IMG/VR virus record: IMGVR_UViG_3300032116_000062 | Coordinates: 38,381-102,380 of that record | Reading direction: 5' to 3' (one strand) | Origin: a virus | Length of the DNA: 64,000 nucleotides | Translations under genes and position numbers: made by a program | Part shown: in pieces, positions 10,541 to 20,806 of the stretch | Position numbering within the stretch: the first letter of the stretch is position 1 | Layout: each line of letters opens with the position of its first letter | The notes under the pieces: model-generated | The model's input: only the letters and a program-made list of their open reading frames with translations | The model's database searches: none | Told to the model about the DNA's origin: nothing

Positions 10541-10599
10541 ATGAATAAATTAATTGTTTTGCACAAGAAATTTTAGAAAAAATAAATAACTATGGATAA
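10541..10599 (+). pseudogene. Possible deletion scar of an SGNH-like gene
   Basis: ATG-MNKLIV joined out of frame at TTTTG to FAQEILEKINNYG-stop, which overlaps the next ATG. Confidence 0.3.
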
Positions 10600-11476
10600 A
10601 AATTTAAAAATAATTTGTAATGGTGATAGCTGGGTATTTGGTTCCGAAATAGCGGACCCACAAATTAGTATGAGATATGATGGTGAGGTTCATCCTGGTA
10701 AATACGATTGGATGGAAGAAAATGATGGGTATAGAATACCAAAGATATTTCCAACACATTTGTCCGAATTGATGAACGCAGAAGTTACAAATTTATCTTG
10801 GCCTGCAGATGATAATGGAACTATAACACACAGAACTATTGCATATATCACATCAAATTATATAGATAAAGAATTACCAACGGATGATTTGTTTGTAATT
10901 GTAGGCTGGTCATCTCCCGAAAGAAATTTTTTTTGGTATAAGGATGAATCTAAAAAGTTTTCGTCCAGATTTAGATTGTGGCCTCAAGTACAGCATTTCG
11001 ATGCACCACCACAAGAAGAATTTTGGAAGTTATATGTTCAATATTTATGGAATGCTGAAGAATATTTACCAAGATATGTTATGAATGTATTACAACTTGA
11101 AAACTTTTTTAAAGCACATAACATAAAATGGTTAATGTTTAATGCATTTTATCAAACTCCTGGAAAAAATCCTATGGATTGGGAAGATTTGAATGTGAGA
11201 GATGAATTGCAAAAATTAAATTTACACGGAACACCGTATACCATATCAGATAAAAAGGAAAGAGGCGTATATCAGTACAATTACGTTCCGATATGGGATA
11301 CGATAGACCCTATAAGATTTTATAAAAAGGATCAACCAAACAACACATTCAAAAGTTTTATGGAAAAGAAAAATCCAAATGGAACATATTATGGATGGCA
11401 TCCTTCACCGGAATCTCATAAAGTTTGGGCGGAAGAAATAGTTAGATATGTAGACCAATATAAATTGCTAAAATGA
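10592..11476 (+). CDS. SGNH/GDSL-like hydrolase or acyltransferase (paralog 1)
   Basis: GDSWVFG block I, VGWSSPER, C-terminal HPSPESH. Confidence 0.7.
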   Translation: MDKNLKIICNGDSWVFGSEIADPQISMRYDGEVHPGKYDWMEENDGYRIPKIFPTHLSELMNAEVTNLSWPADDNGTITHRTIAYITSNYIDKELPTDDLFVIVGWSSPERNFFWYKDESKKFSSRFRLWPQVQHFDAPPQEEFWKLYVQYLWNAEEYLPRYVMNVLQLENFFKAHNIKWLMFNAFYQTPGKNPMDWEDLNVRDELQKLNLHGTPYTISDKKERGVYQYNYVPIWDTIDPIRFYKKDQPNNTFKSFMEKKNPNGTYYGWHPSPESHKVWAEEIVRYVDQYKLLK

Positions 11477-12246
11477 AAATAAATCTAACCAACGTAACAC
11501 TTGTCGTTGTAGATGACTTGAGCGATTTACCAACCGAAAATAATATAAGATATATTATATTAGATAGAGTAATAAAATATGCAAAAAAGTATATTGATTT
11601 TTTCGACGTAAAGTTTTTTTCACCACTTCATGGGTTTGAAAAAACATTTACAAATGCCGGCGATTATAGTAAATGGATTATTAAAAATTTACCATATGAG
11701 ATAGAATCTGATTATTACTTAATAATACAATGGGATGGGTTTATTGTAAATCCGGATATGTGGAGGAATGAATTTTTTAATTATGATTATATTGGAGGTG
11801 GTAACACATTACAAAATGGTGGATTTTCGTTGAGAAAAACATCTACAATGAAAAAACTTTCTAATATTAAATACACAGATTATTTCGGTAATGAGGATTC
11901 TTTTTATTCTTTGTTTTTTGAGGATGTGTGTAAAAATGTACACAAAACCGATAGCAGATTTGATGAAAATTTTTATAATGAATGTTTAGAAAACGGATGG
12001 ATTTATAAAGATCAACCATTTAGTGTATATGATATACACGATAAAAACTCTGATTGTAATAGATTTGTATCATTTTTTACTTTTAATCCCAAATCATTTG
12101 GTTGGCATTGGTCTGGTGAATTGGATATATATACATCAATGTATTTTTATAAAAAAATAAAAATGTTTTCTTTGCAAGAATTGAAAATGATAGATACATA
12201 TTTAAGAAAACGATCTAATAGAGGTATATCATGGGAAGAACTATAG
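11473..12246 (+). CDS. DUF5672-like putative glycosyltransferase
   Basis: LIIQWDGFIVNP, YDYIG, NGGFSLR, NED motifs. Confidence 0.7.
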   Translation: MKINLTNVTLVVVDDLSDLPTENNIRYIILDRVIKYAKKYIDFFDVKFFSPLHGFEKTFTNAGDYSKWIIKNLPYEIESDYYLIIQWDGFIVNPDMWRNEFFNYDYIGGGNTLQNGGFSLRKTSTMKKLSNIKYTDYFGNEDSFYSLFFEDVCKNVHKTDSRFDENFYNECLENGWIYKDQPFSVYDIHDKNSDCNRFVSFFTFNPKSFGWHWSGELDIYTSMYFYKKIKMFSLQELKMIDTYLRKRSNRGISWEEL

Positions 12247-13034
12247 TTATATGCGGTGATTCATTTAGTATTGGAATTGGGTGTCATGATTTACACAATG
12301 AACCATATGGATCTAGATTAGCAACCCATCTCAATAAAGATATTATAAATCTTGCAAAGGGGTCATCTACGAATTTTTCAATATTTTTACAGGCAAAATA
12401 TATTGTTGAAAATATAGAACCAAATGATATTGAATTTGTATGTATAGCACCAACTTCATATAATAGAGTGGAGTGGTTTCCTGAAAATACAGATACATCG
12501 GATGGTGATTTGAAATTGACATCGGTAAACTATCACCAATATCCACCATATGGAACGGATACTTACCAATACAAATTAGATAATCCATTAGAGGGAGATA
12601 GTAGATATACGGGAGAAATGTTTACAGAAAATTACTATGGCATAGTTGATTATGTTGATAATGTATTGGCCGGAAAGAGAGAAGGTGGTAATTATTATTT
12701 AAAATTTAAAAATGAAAGAACGGATAGATTGAAACTTTTAAGAAACTACTATGCTGATATATTTGATGATAGAATACAAAGATACTACGATATCGGTATG
12801 ATAGTTATGGCTTATAATTTATTAAAAAATAAAGGTATCAAAGTATTAGTATTAACATATGATTCCGATTTTAAAAATCACATTCCGGATGAAAGTTTAG
12901 TTAATATAGATTGGGGAATTTTATCAAAAAAATATCCAGATGATTTAAATACACTACATACATCAGCGGAGGGACATAGTGAAGTATTTGAAACTATTGT
13001 AAAAAAGATAGAAAAAAATGGATGGATTAAATAA
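12231..13034 (+). CDS. SGNH-like protein (paralog 2)
   Basis: GDSFSIG, NLAKGSSTN, DxxxxHTSAEGH. Confidence 0.7.
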   Translation: MGRTIVICGDSFSIGIGCHDLHNEPYGSRLATHLNKDIINLAKGSSTNFSIFLQAKYIVENIEPNDIEFVCIAPTSYNRVEWFPENTDTSDGDLKLTSVNYHQYPPYGTDTYQYKLDNPLEGDSRYTGEMFTENYYGIVDYVDNVLAGKREGGNYYLKFKNERTDRLKLLRNYYADIFDDRIQRYYDIGMIVMAYNLLKNKGIKVLVLTYDSDFKNHIPDESLVNIDWGILSKKYPDDLNTLHTSAEGHSEVFETIVKKIEKNGWIK

Positions 13035-13812
13035 AAAAAGATTTTTTGCATTTGGGTGTAGTTACACTTCACACATATGTGGAACATGGGCAGATTACAT
13101 ATCTTCTAATTTTGAAGAATATTATAATTTTGCCAGAGGTGGTGCGTGTAATTCATATATAATGAATAAATTTATTGAGGCAGATGCTAAATATAAATTT
13201 AATCCAGAAACCGATTATGTTGTAGTAATGTTTACAAATTTTAATAGATTTTCTTATTATGATAAAGTTGGTTGGAACCTATATGGTAGTGTTTATCAAA
13301 ATGATACTTATCCCGAAGATTTTAGAAACAAAATGTGGTCTGAAGATTGGGGAATTTATAATTCTTGGGTAGCTATAAATGTTGTAAAACAATTGTTAAG
13401 ATATAAAGCAATTGATAATAAATTATTATTAGCAATAGATAGTATTTACTATAAAGAATCCCCATTTGATGATACACTCACCAACGCATTATCTACAAGA
13501 TTTGTAGATAATATATACAACCTACTATCGGATTCGGAATCACTTGATAGTTGGAAATCAAAACGATATAAATTTCCTGAAGATTATGATTTGTATATAC
13601 AACAGGAATATACCGATGGACATCCAACACAGTTGATGCATTATGAGTTTATGAAAGAAAAGTTTCCACAATTTGATACCGAAGAATCAAAAAATACTTT
13701 TGAATTTTTGGAATCAATCAAAGATTTATCTTCTTGGCATAATCAACAACAATCCTACAACTTAAATTTTTATCAATTAAAAAACAAAGCATACGGTGCA
13801 CCCCTATTTTAA
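13018..13812 (+). CDS. SGNH-like protein (paralog 3)
   Basis: FGCSYT, NFARGGACN, DGHPT. Confidence 0.7.
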   Translation: MDGLNKKRFFAFGCSYTSHICGTWADYISSNFEEYYNFARGGACNSYIMNKFIEADAKYKFNPETDYVVVMFTNFNRFSYYDKVGWNLYGSVYQNDTYPEDFRNKMWSEDWGIYNSWVAINVVKQLLRYKAIDNKLLLAIDSIYYKESPFDDTLTNALSTRFVDNIYNLLSDSESLDSWKSKRYKFPEDYDLYIQQEYTDGHPTQLMHYEFMKEKFPQFDTEESKNTFEFLESIKDLSSWHNQQQSYNLNFYQLKNKAYGAPLF

Positions 13813-13813
13813 T

Positions 13814-15244
13814 ATGAACAAATATAAATTAAATTTTGTTTTTGATTATTTTTTTCCAAGTTTTATTTTACCAAATGCAACAATGCCGGAAATTGGTATC
13901 ATAAACTATTTAGCATCAATACATACAAATAAATCACAAAACGCAACTTTTTTCGAACAGCAGATGCCAGTATCTGCCATCTTTGGTGATAAGTTTGGAG
14001 GAATGCCAAATTCAGGAACTGGATACTTCTATCAAGCAGGTGTATATAAATCAATGTTGGAATATTCTCAACGGCCACTATACAATAATAATAATGGACA
14101 TGAAAAATTTATTTATCCCATAAAACCAAATCCTGTATTGAGTGATTTTATTGGGGTATCTCAATCCATAGGAAGTAGAATGAGTGGAGAATTTTTCTGG
14201 AAGTACATTTCAGCACAGGCCATTGAACTGATAATGGATAGGCAGGGTATTATATTTATAGATTATTCTATGGAACCCTTCATTGATAAATATCTACACG
14301 ATGCATTCCATGACTCTTTAAGAAATAGTGGAATTCCAAAAGAATCGATTATAGTGTGTGTAAATAGTTTTAATGCTAGAGAGTGCTATGAAAAATATTA
14401 TACGGAAGAACAAAGAATGTACTCTGTTAGAAATCTTCCATTTTGTTTGGACCATAGTTCTTGGTATTATAACGATGAACTGGAAAGAAATACAGGAAAG
14501 TGTATGAATGAAAGTGATTTTTTAAATACAAAAGATACTATAAGAAAAAACCATTTTTTAATGAAAATTAGAAATGGGAGAGAACATAGAATTGCATTTT
14601 TATATAAGATGGCAAGTGAGGGATTATTGGAAAATGGCGATTTTTCTTTTTTAGCACCAAATGGAACACAATATTCAAAAGATACTGTCGAATTTGTTAT
14701 AGAAAGGTACGGAATAAAAAATGTAAATTTAAAAAATATAAAAACATTACATGAAACCGCACCACATATTTTACAAAGTGAAAGAGGAATAACGTATGGA
14801 GATATCAATGCATGGACGGATTCACATTATCAACCACATATTAATTCATATTTTGAAATATGTTTTGAAACATTTGTACATGGAGATCACAAATCTCTAA
14901 CAGAAAAAGTTTTCAAACCAATAATAAATTTTCAACCTTTCTTTTTTGTAGCTTATCCGGGTGCATTAGAACTTTTACAAAATTTAGGATTTAAAACGTT
15001 TGATGGGTTTATAGATGAAAGGTATGATAAAATTCAAAATATAAATGAAAGATTGGAAGCAATATTTTTAGAAGTAAAAAGATTATGTTCAATGAGTAAG
15101 GAAGAAATGCATGAATGGTATTGGAAAATGGAAGATATTCTAATTCATAATCATAGAACCTTAATAAACTACCATAAAAATAAATTATTTGCAGAAGATT
15201 TGGTTAAAGAATTTTACGATAGAACTCACAACAATCTTATTTAA
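13814..15244 (+). CDS. Putative glycosyltransferase with GT10-like C-terminal TEK motif
   Basis: FET...SLTEKVFKPI...QPF...GFKTF; ATG at 13814 preferred over GTG at 13796. Confidence 0.5.
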   Translation: MNKYKLNFVFDYFFPSFILPNATMPEIGIINYLASIHTNKSQNATFFEQQMPVSAIFGDKFGGMPNSGTGYFYQAGVYKSMLEYSQRPLYNNNNGHEKFIYPIKPNPVLSDFIGVSQSIGSRMSGEFFWKYISAQAIELIMDRQGIIFIDYSMEPFIDKYLHDAFHDSLRNSGIPKESIIVCVNSFNARECYEKYYTEEQRMYSVRNLPFCLDHSSWYYNDELERNTGKCMNESDFLNTKDTIRKNHFLMKIRNGREHRIAFLYKMASEGLLENGDFSFLAPNGTQYSKDTVEFVIERYGIKNVNLKNIKTLHETAPHILQSERGITYGDINAWTDSHYQPHINSYFEICFETFVHGDHKSLTEKVFKPIINFQPFFFVAYPGALELLQNLGFKTFDGFIDERYDKIQNINERLEAIFLEVKRLCSMSKEEMHEWYWKMEDILIHNHRTLINYHKNKLFAEDLVKEFYDRTHNNLI

Positions 15245-15246
15245 TT

Positions 15247-16050
15247 ATGAAAGATTTTGAATTAATATTATCAAATGAAGTTTTTGTAAATAAAAATTAC
15301 ATCAATAAAGAATTACTAACAATAGCAAGCGATATAAAAGATGATGGAACAATTTTATATAAAATGAATGAACATGGGTATAGATCTAATTCATTTAAGA
15401 ATAAATCAGAATTCAATATATTGACATTAGGATGTTCGTGGACTATGGGTGTCGGAGTTAGAAATGATGCAATATGGCCAAACTTAATAGGAGAAAAGAT
15501 ACAAAGTAAAATACAAAAAAAGGTATCGGTTTTTAACTACGGAACGTATGGAGTATCAACGGCATTTACAGCAAAAAATTTTTATAAAATAGTATCATCA
15601 GAAATAAAACCTGATTTGGTTTTAATAATGTGGCCTGGTTTTAGCAGAAGAGATTATATAAAAGATAATGGAGTATTTAAAAAGATAGGGGGATTTCGTT
15701 TAGCACATGAACGAGATGTTATTTGGAAAAATGAGGATGAAGATAAATTGTTTGTCGAATTGAGAAATGATTATCAAGATTTAATGGAATTTTGGGAAGC
15801 TTATAAGTTTGTAGAAACAACTGCAAAATTGCATAATATAAATGTTATACATACGATAGCGGGTTATTATTATGATATATTTAGAGAGTTAAAATCACAT
15901 CTTAAAAATACAATAGATTGGAATAACTTCTTTGAACCAACTGATTGTTATAAGAGTGATTTTGCAGCAAGAGATAATCACCACCCTGGAGAAAAATGGC
16001 ATTTGGAATTTTCCGAAAAATTTCATAACTTTATTAGTAAAACGTTATGA
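15247..16050 (+). CDS. SGNH-like protein (paralog 4)
   Basis: GCSWTMG, NYGTYG, ARDNHHPG. Confidence 0.7.
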   Translation: MKDFELILSNEVFVNKNYINKELLTIASDIKDDGTILYKMNEHGYRSNSFKNKSEFNILTLGCSWTMGVGVRNDAIWPNLIGEKIQSKIQKKVSVFNYGTYGVSTAFTAKNFYKIVSSEIKPDLVLIMWPGFSRRDYIKDNGVFKKIGGFRLAHERDVIWKNEDEDKLFVELRNDYQDLMEFWEAYKFVETTAKLHNINVIHTIAGYYYDIFRELKSHLKNTIDWNNFFEPTDCYKSDFAARDNHHPGEKWHLEFSEKFHNFISKTL

Positions 16051-16955
16051 AAATAGCCGTATGTTTTAGTGGACAAATGCGTACAGCAATTGATAATTTT
16101 GAAAATATAAAAAAATTATTAGGAGAGATGTACGAGTATTGTGATTTTTTTGTACATACGTGGAATAATTGTGAATATAAAACATTTAATGCATCTAACA
16201 TCAAACGTAGACCAATCATAGAAGATAGCGAAAAAGTGTATAACATAGAAAAACTATATAAACCAAAAATATTTCACATAGAAAATATAGAACATTCCCC
16301 CGGATATCAAATTTCTAATTTATATGGAGTACCACCTCTTTGGTATTCTTTTATGAAAAGTGTAGAATACAAACAAAAATATGAAAAAGATAATGGATTT
16401 GAATATGATTGTGTATTGAAATTAAGATTTGATTTTGCAAGTTGTAGTGAAAATTTTTTAAAAAATGAAATAGAAACAACTGTATCAGATAAATTTAAAA
16501 TATTGGGGTTTGTTATGAATGATTTATTACCAACCGACCCGGTTGCAACCGATATGTTATTTGTTGCAAAATCAAAAGAAATGAATATAGCATCAACGTA
16601 TTTTTGGGAGATTGTAAAAAATCATGATAAAAATATATTTATAAATTTTCCATTTTTTTTAATAAATAATGGAATAAAACCAATAAATACGGATTTTATA
16701 AATGAATTTTCTATATTACGTTCTGAATTTGCAAATCGTATAAAAAAGTTTGTAAATTTTGAAGAAATGTATAAAGAAATACTAAAATTTGAAGTATATT
16801 ATTATGATACACCCATTGATAAAAATACAAAATATTTTATACATTTTTTAAAAGAAAAGCTAGAAAGTAAAAATTTTTTTTTAGATGAAAACAAAACGTA
16901 TTATTTAGAAGATATAGAAGATATGTTAGGAGAGAAAATAGAAAAAATAATATAG
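16047..16955 (+). CDS. 'SGQxR' family protein (paralog 4)
   Basis: MKIAVCFSGQMR, FVHTW, PLWYSF, YDCVLKLRFD; closest to 7893 gene. Confidence 0.55.
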   Translation: MKIAVCFSGQMRTAIDNFENIKKLLGEMYEYCDFFVHTWNNCEYKTFNASNIKRRPIIEDSEKVYNIEKLYKPKIFHIENIEHSPGYQISNLYGVPPLWYSFMKSVEYKQKYEKDNGFEYDCVLKLRFDFASCSENFLKNEIETTVSDKFKILGFVMNDLLPTDPVATDMLFVAKSKEMNIASTYFWEIVKNHDKNIFINFPFFLINNGIKPINTDFINEFSILRSEFANRIKKFVNFEEMYKEILKFEVYYYDTPIDKNTKYFIHFLKEKLESKNFFLDENKTYYLEDIEDMLGEKIEKII

Positions 16956-16977
16956 TTATATTAAATAGATAAGAAAT

Positions 16978-18897
16978 ATGAAAACAGTTATAAAACCTTG
17001 GGGAAAGGAAGAATGGTTAGAATTAAACGACCGATATTGTTACAAACGAATTTACATTAATGCCGGATATAAGACATCATATCAGTATCATAATTTTAAA
17101 AAAGAAACAAATTATATCATTTCGGGCGAAGCAGAAGTGTGGCTTGAAAATGATGAGGGTGTTGTTGAAAAAAAATTAATGAAGGCGGGTGATTACTTTA
17201 ATGTAACACCACCAAAAAAGCACAGAGTAATTGCATTAACTGATATTATTTTACAAGAAGTATCAACGCCTGAAGTTGATGATGTCATTAGAATTAATGA
17301 TGAGTTTGCAAGGGGTGATGGTAAAATAGAAGGTGAACACCAAACACCCGCTGTATTAATATTGGCAGCAGGTTTGGGTACCCGTTTGGAATCTCTTACA
17401 AAAGAAATTAATAAAGCACTTTTACCAATTAACAATCGTGCAATCATTTCACATATTATTGATAAGTTTCCAAAAGATTATGAATTTGTAGTAGCAATTG
17501 GATATAAGGGTGAATTGGTTAAAGAGTATTGTAAATTAGTATTTCCCAATCATAAATTTACGTTTGTGGAAATCGATAACATTGAAGAATCAGGATCAGG
17601 CCCAGGATATTCCGCATTAAAATGTAGAGAGTATTTGCAAAGACCTTTTTATATTACCACTTGCGATTGTTTGATAGATTCTCCAATGCCACATTTGGAT
17701 GGTAATTGGTTGGGAGTACAACCAACTTCTTATCCAGAAAAATATTCAACGGTATTGGTAGATGGAGATAATATTATAAATTATTCAAACAAATCCATAC
17801 ATGGATATAATTTGGCATTCATTGGGCTGGCTGGTATATGGGATTACGAAGTATTTTGGAATAAATTAGAAAGTAGAACCATCAATGGAGAGTTAGTATC
17901 GGCGTTTGAAGCACCATTAGATTATCCTACGTTTAAAATAAAAAAATTAAAATGGTTGGATACAGGTAACATAGATGATTTAAATAAAGCAAAACAATAC
18001 TTTAACGATGTACCATTATCATTACAAAAAGATAATAACGAACTAACATACAGAGAAGGTAATTTATTTATCAAATTTACACCCGATCCAGAGGTATTAA
18101 AAAATAGAATTAAAAGAGCAATTCTATTGAAAGAGCAAATACCTTTAAACTTTGGATCCGTTTCAAATTTCATTTATTACGATTGGGTAGATGGTGATAC
18201 TTTATACGAATTGGATGATTTTAATCTATTTAAACGATTTCTAAACAAAATGGAAAATAATTTAAAAGAGATTACAGATAATTCCATTGAACATATAATA
18301 AATTTTTATATAAATAAAACACATAGTAGAGTACAAAAATTTGTAAATAAAAATGGACATCAATATCACACCTTACCGCATATTATAAATGGAAAAGAAT
18401 ATCCGGCATATGATTCTTTTTTTACAGATGTTGTAAATAATAGGTTTCATAAATTTCAAAGTAATTCTTTTTATAAAAAATTTCATGGAGACCTTCAATT
18501 TGACAATATCATTTTTTCTTCAAAAGAAAATGAATTCAAATATATTGATTGGAGAGAATCTTTTGGAGGATATACGGAGGCCGGAGATATTTACTATGAT
18601 TTAGCAAAACTATATGGTGGGTGTATAATTCCGTATAATAAAATGAAAAATGAAGATAATATAAACTTTGTAGAATGTGATTGTTCTATAAGATATTCAT
18701 ATGATATTTCCGATAATTTGGTTTCCTTTAAAAAGGAATTTGAAAATTGGATTATCAAAATGGGATTTGATATGGATAAAGTAAAAATTATGACAGGTTT
18801 AATATTTTTAAACATGTCACCACTACATGATGAAAAGTTTTCAAAAATGCTATGGTTCAAATCAATTGAAATTCTATATGAGTACGCAGATAAATAA
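16978..18897 (+). CDS. Trifunctional cupin + sugar-phosphate nucleotidyltransferase + APH/choline-kinase-like protein
   Basis: KPWG/SYQYH/KHR cupin; LAAGLGTRL...NKALLP NTase; HGDLQFDN, IDWR, GDIYYDLAKL kinase motifs. Confidence 0.85.
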   Translation: MKTVIKPWGKEEWLELNDRYCYKRIYINAGYKTSYQYHNFKKETNYIISGEAEVWLENDEGVVEKKLMKAGDYFNVTPPKKHRVIALTDIILQEVSTPEVDDVIRINDEFARGDGKIEGEHQTPAVLILAAGLGTRLESLTKEINKALLPINNRAIISHIIDKFPKDYEFVVAIGYKGELVKEYCKLVFPNHKFTFVEIDNIEESGSGPGYSALKCREYLQRPFYITTCDCLIDSPMPHLDGNWLGVQPTSYPEKYSTVLVDGDNIINYSNKSIHGYNLAFIGLAGIWDYEVFWNKLESRTINGELVSAFEAPLDYPTFKIKKLKWLDTGNIDDLNKAKQYFNDVPLSLQKDNNELTYREGNLFIKFTPDPEVLKNRIKRAILLKEQIPLNFGSVSNFIYYDWVDGDTLYELDDFNLFKRFLNKMENNLKEITDNSIEHIINFYINKTHSRVQKFVNKNGHQYHTLPHIINGKEYPAYDSFFTDVVNNRFHKFQSNSFYKKFHGDLQFDNIIFSSKENEFKYIDWRESFGGYTEAGDIYYDLAKLYGGCIIPYNKMKNEDNINFVECDCSIRYSYDISDNLVSFKKEFENWIIKMGFDMDKVKIMTGLIFLNMSPLHDEKFSKMLWFKSIEILYEYADK

Positions 18898-19519
18898 AGA
18901 TACAAAAATATACGGATCATTTTCTAAAACACCCGGAAATAATGGGTGTTTGTTTTTCAATGCTGCATTTGAAAAGTATAATATAAATGCTATATATAAA
19001 TCTTTTTATTCTGATAACATAAAAGAAACCATACAATCCGTCAGACATTTGGGATTTAGTGGTTTTGCATTGAGCATGCCACATAAAGTTGATGTAATAC
19101 CTTATTTGGATTATATGGATGATATATCTAAAGAAATAGGTGCGGTTAATACTGTGATAAATGTGGAAGGTAAACTTACAGGATATAACACAGATTTTTT
19201 TGGAATTGTTGATTTTTTTTCTTATATTAACGTAGGAAAAAATGTAAATATAATTGGAAATGGTGGTTTTAGTAAAGCAATACAATGTGCTTGTAAAAAT
19301 ATGAATATAGAATATAAAATATTTGGAAGAAATGATATAGATAATATATCTTCGATACTGAATGAAACTTTTATAAACGCTACTCCAATTGAAATAAAAT
19401 CAATTTATAGTAGGGTAATAGATTTAAGACCACATACACATTATGGAAAAATAGTTGCCGAAATGCAAGCAAAATATCAATTTAAAATATACACAGGAAT
19501 AGAATATGGCACTACCTAA
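18878..19519 (+). CDS. Shikimate dehydrogenase (AroE)-like NAD(P) oxidoreductase, compact
   Basis: SMPHK, IGAVNT, GYNTD, IIGNGGFS, INATP; likely start 18878. Confidence 0.8.
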   Translation: MSTQINKDTKIYGSFSKTPGNNGCLFFNAAFEKYNINAIYKSFYSDNIKETIQSVRHLGFSGFALSMPHKVDVIPYLDYMDDISKEIGAVNTVINVEGKLTGYNTDFFGIVDFFSYINVGKNVNIIGNGGFSKAIQCACKNMNIEYKIFGRNDIDNISSILNETFINATPIEIKSIYSRVIDLRPHTHYGKIVAEMQAKYQFKIYTGIEYGTT

Positions 19520-20474
19520 TTACTACATATGCCCAATGTCCAAAAATATAGTAGATTCTGTAATAGAAATGGAAAACTCTGCTTTTGGATTACTACCAAC
19601 TCGCAGACAGATAGACTGGGATGGTGGATATGTAAATGGTTGGAATACTAAAAGTTTTTATGAGTATGTAAAAACTAAAAATAAAAATCTTATAATAGAA
19701 AGAGATCATTCCGGCCCAAACCAAGGAGTGAATGAGGATAGTGGGTATGTAAGTCATACTCATGATGCAAATTATTTTGATATAATACATTTAGACCCAT
19801 GGAAAATTGCAAAAAATCATATTGATGGCATAGAAAAAACTGTTTATGCTTTAAAATACATTCATCACCTAAATCCAAATGTTAAGTTTGAAATATTGAC
19901 GGAAGAGGCGATATGGAAATTTACGGATGAAGAAATAATAGATATAATGCAATATCTACTAAATAACTTATCCAAATCGGAGTTCGATAGTATCGAATAT
20001 ATTGTAGTACAATCGGGAGTAGGATTGGATTTGGTTAATAGAAAAAATACAGGAAAATTTGATTTAGAAAAGTTAAAAAAACAATCCTTTTTAATAAAAT
20101 CATTTGGTAAAAAAACAAAAGAACATAATGGTGATTATTTGAACCATAATGAATTGGGAATTCGATTTTCAAATGGATTGGATTGTATAAATATAGGACC
20201 TGAAATAGTGCAGTTAGAAACTCTAACTTATTTAGAAAATATGACCGAAAAACAAATAGATGAATTTTATGAAATATGCCTAAATTCAAGAAAATGGAAA
20301 AGATGGGTCCCATCTGATTTTGATTTTTCGGATAAGAAAAAACTAATACAAGTTTGTGGGCATTATTGTTTTAATCTATACGAATTACCAAAAATAGATG
20401 ATTTAATAAAAGAAAATATTAAAATAAAATTAAAAAATTTACCATCATGTCAAAAATCTTCGCGTTTGATTTAG
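19506..20474 (+). CDS. GatZ/KbaZ (tagatose-phosphate epimerase/aldolase subunit)-like TIM-barrel protein
   Basis: RDHSGP, IHLDP, KEHNGDY, NIGPE motifs. Confidence 0.7.
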   Translation: MALPNYYICPMSKNIVDSVIEMENSAFGLLPTRRQIDWDGGYVNGWNTKSFYEYVKTKNKNLIIERDHSGPNQGVNEDSGYVSHTHDANYFDIIHLDPWKIAKNHIDGIEKTVYALKYIHHLNPNVKFEILTEEAIWKFTDEEIIDIMQYLLNNLSKSEFDSIEYIVVQSGVGLDLVNRKNTGKFDLEKLKKQSFLIKSFGKKTKEHNGDYLNHNELGIRFSNGLDCINIGPEIVQLETLTYLENMTEKQIDEFYEICLNSRKWKRWVPSDFDFSDKKKLIQVCGHYCFNLYELPKIDDLIKENIKIKLKNLPSCQKSSRLI

Positions 20475-20806
20475 ATGATACTTTGTGTTATAGACCAAAG
20501 GATGTTGAACATTTGGGTGGAGATAAATACCACCATTGTAAACCAATAAAAGAAATGATAGACCTATCTAATAGTTTATATGATAAAGGTCACACTATAT
20601 ATATTTATACGGCTCGTGGTATGAAAACATTTGATGGCGATGTAAAGTTAATATATGAAAAACTATATGATTTAACTTTAAAGTGTTTGGATGAGTGGGG
20701 TGTAAGACATCATGGATTATTTATGGGTAAAATTCATTATGATTTACTTATAGATGATAAAGCAATGGATTTGGAAACAGCAAAAAAAGAATTAATAAAA
20801 ATATGA
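20447..20806 (+). CDS. Small HAD phosphatase (EcbF/BcbF capsule-type)
   Basis: FDLDDTL, YTARG, K...IDDKA. Confidence 0.8.
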   Translation: MSKIFAFDLDDTLCYRPKDVEHLGGDKYHHCKPIKEMIDLSNSLYDKGHTIYIYTARGMKTFDGDVKLIYEKLYDLTLKCLDEWGVRHHGLFMGKIHYDLLIDDKAMDLETAKKELIKI

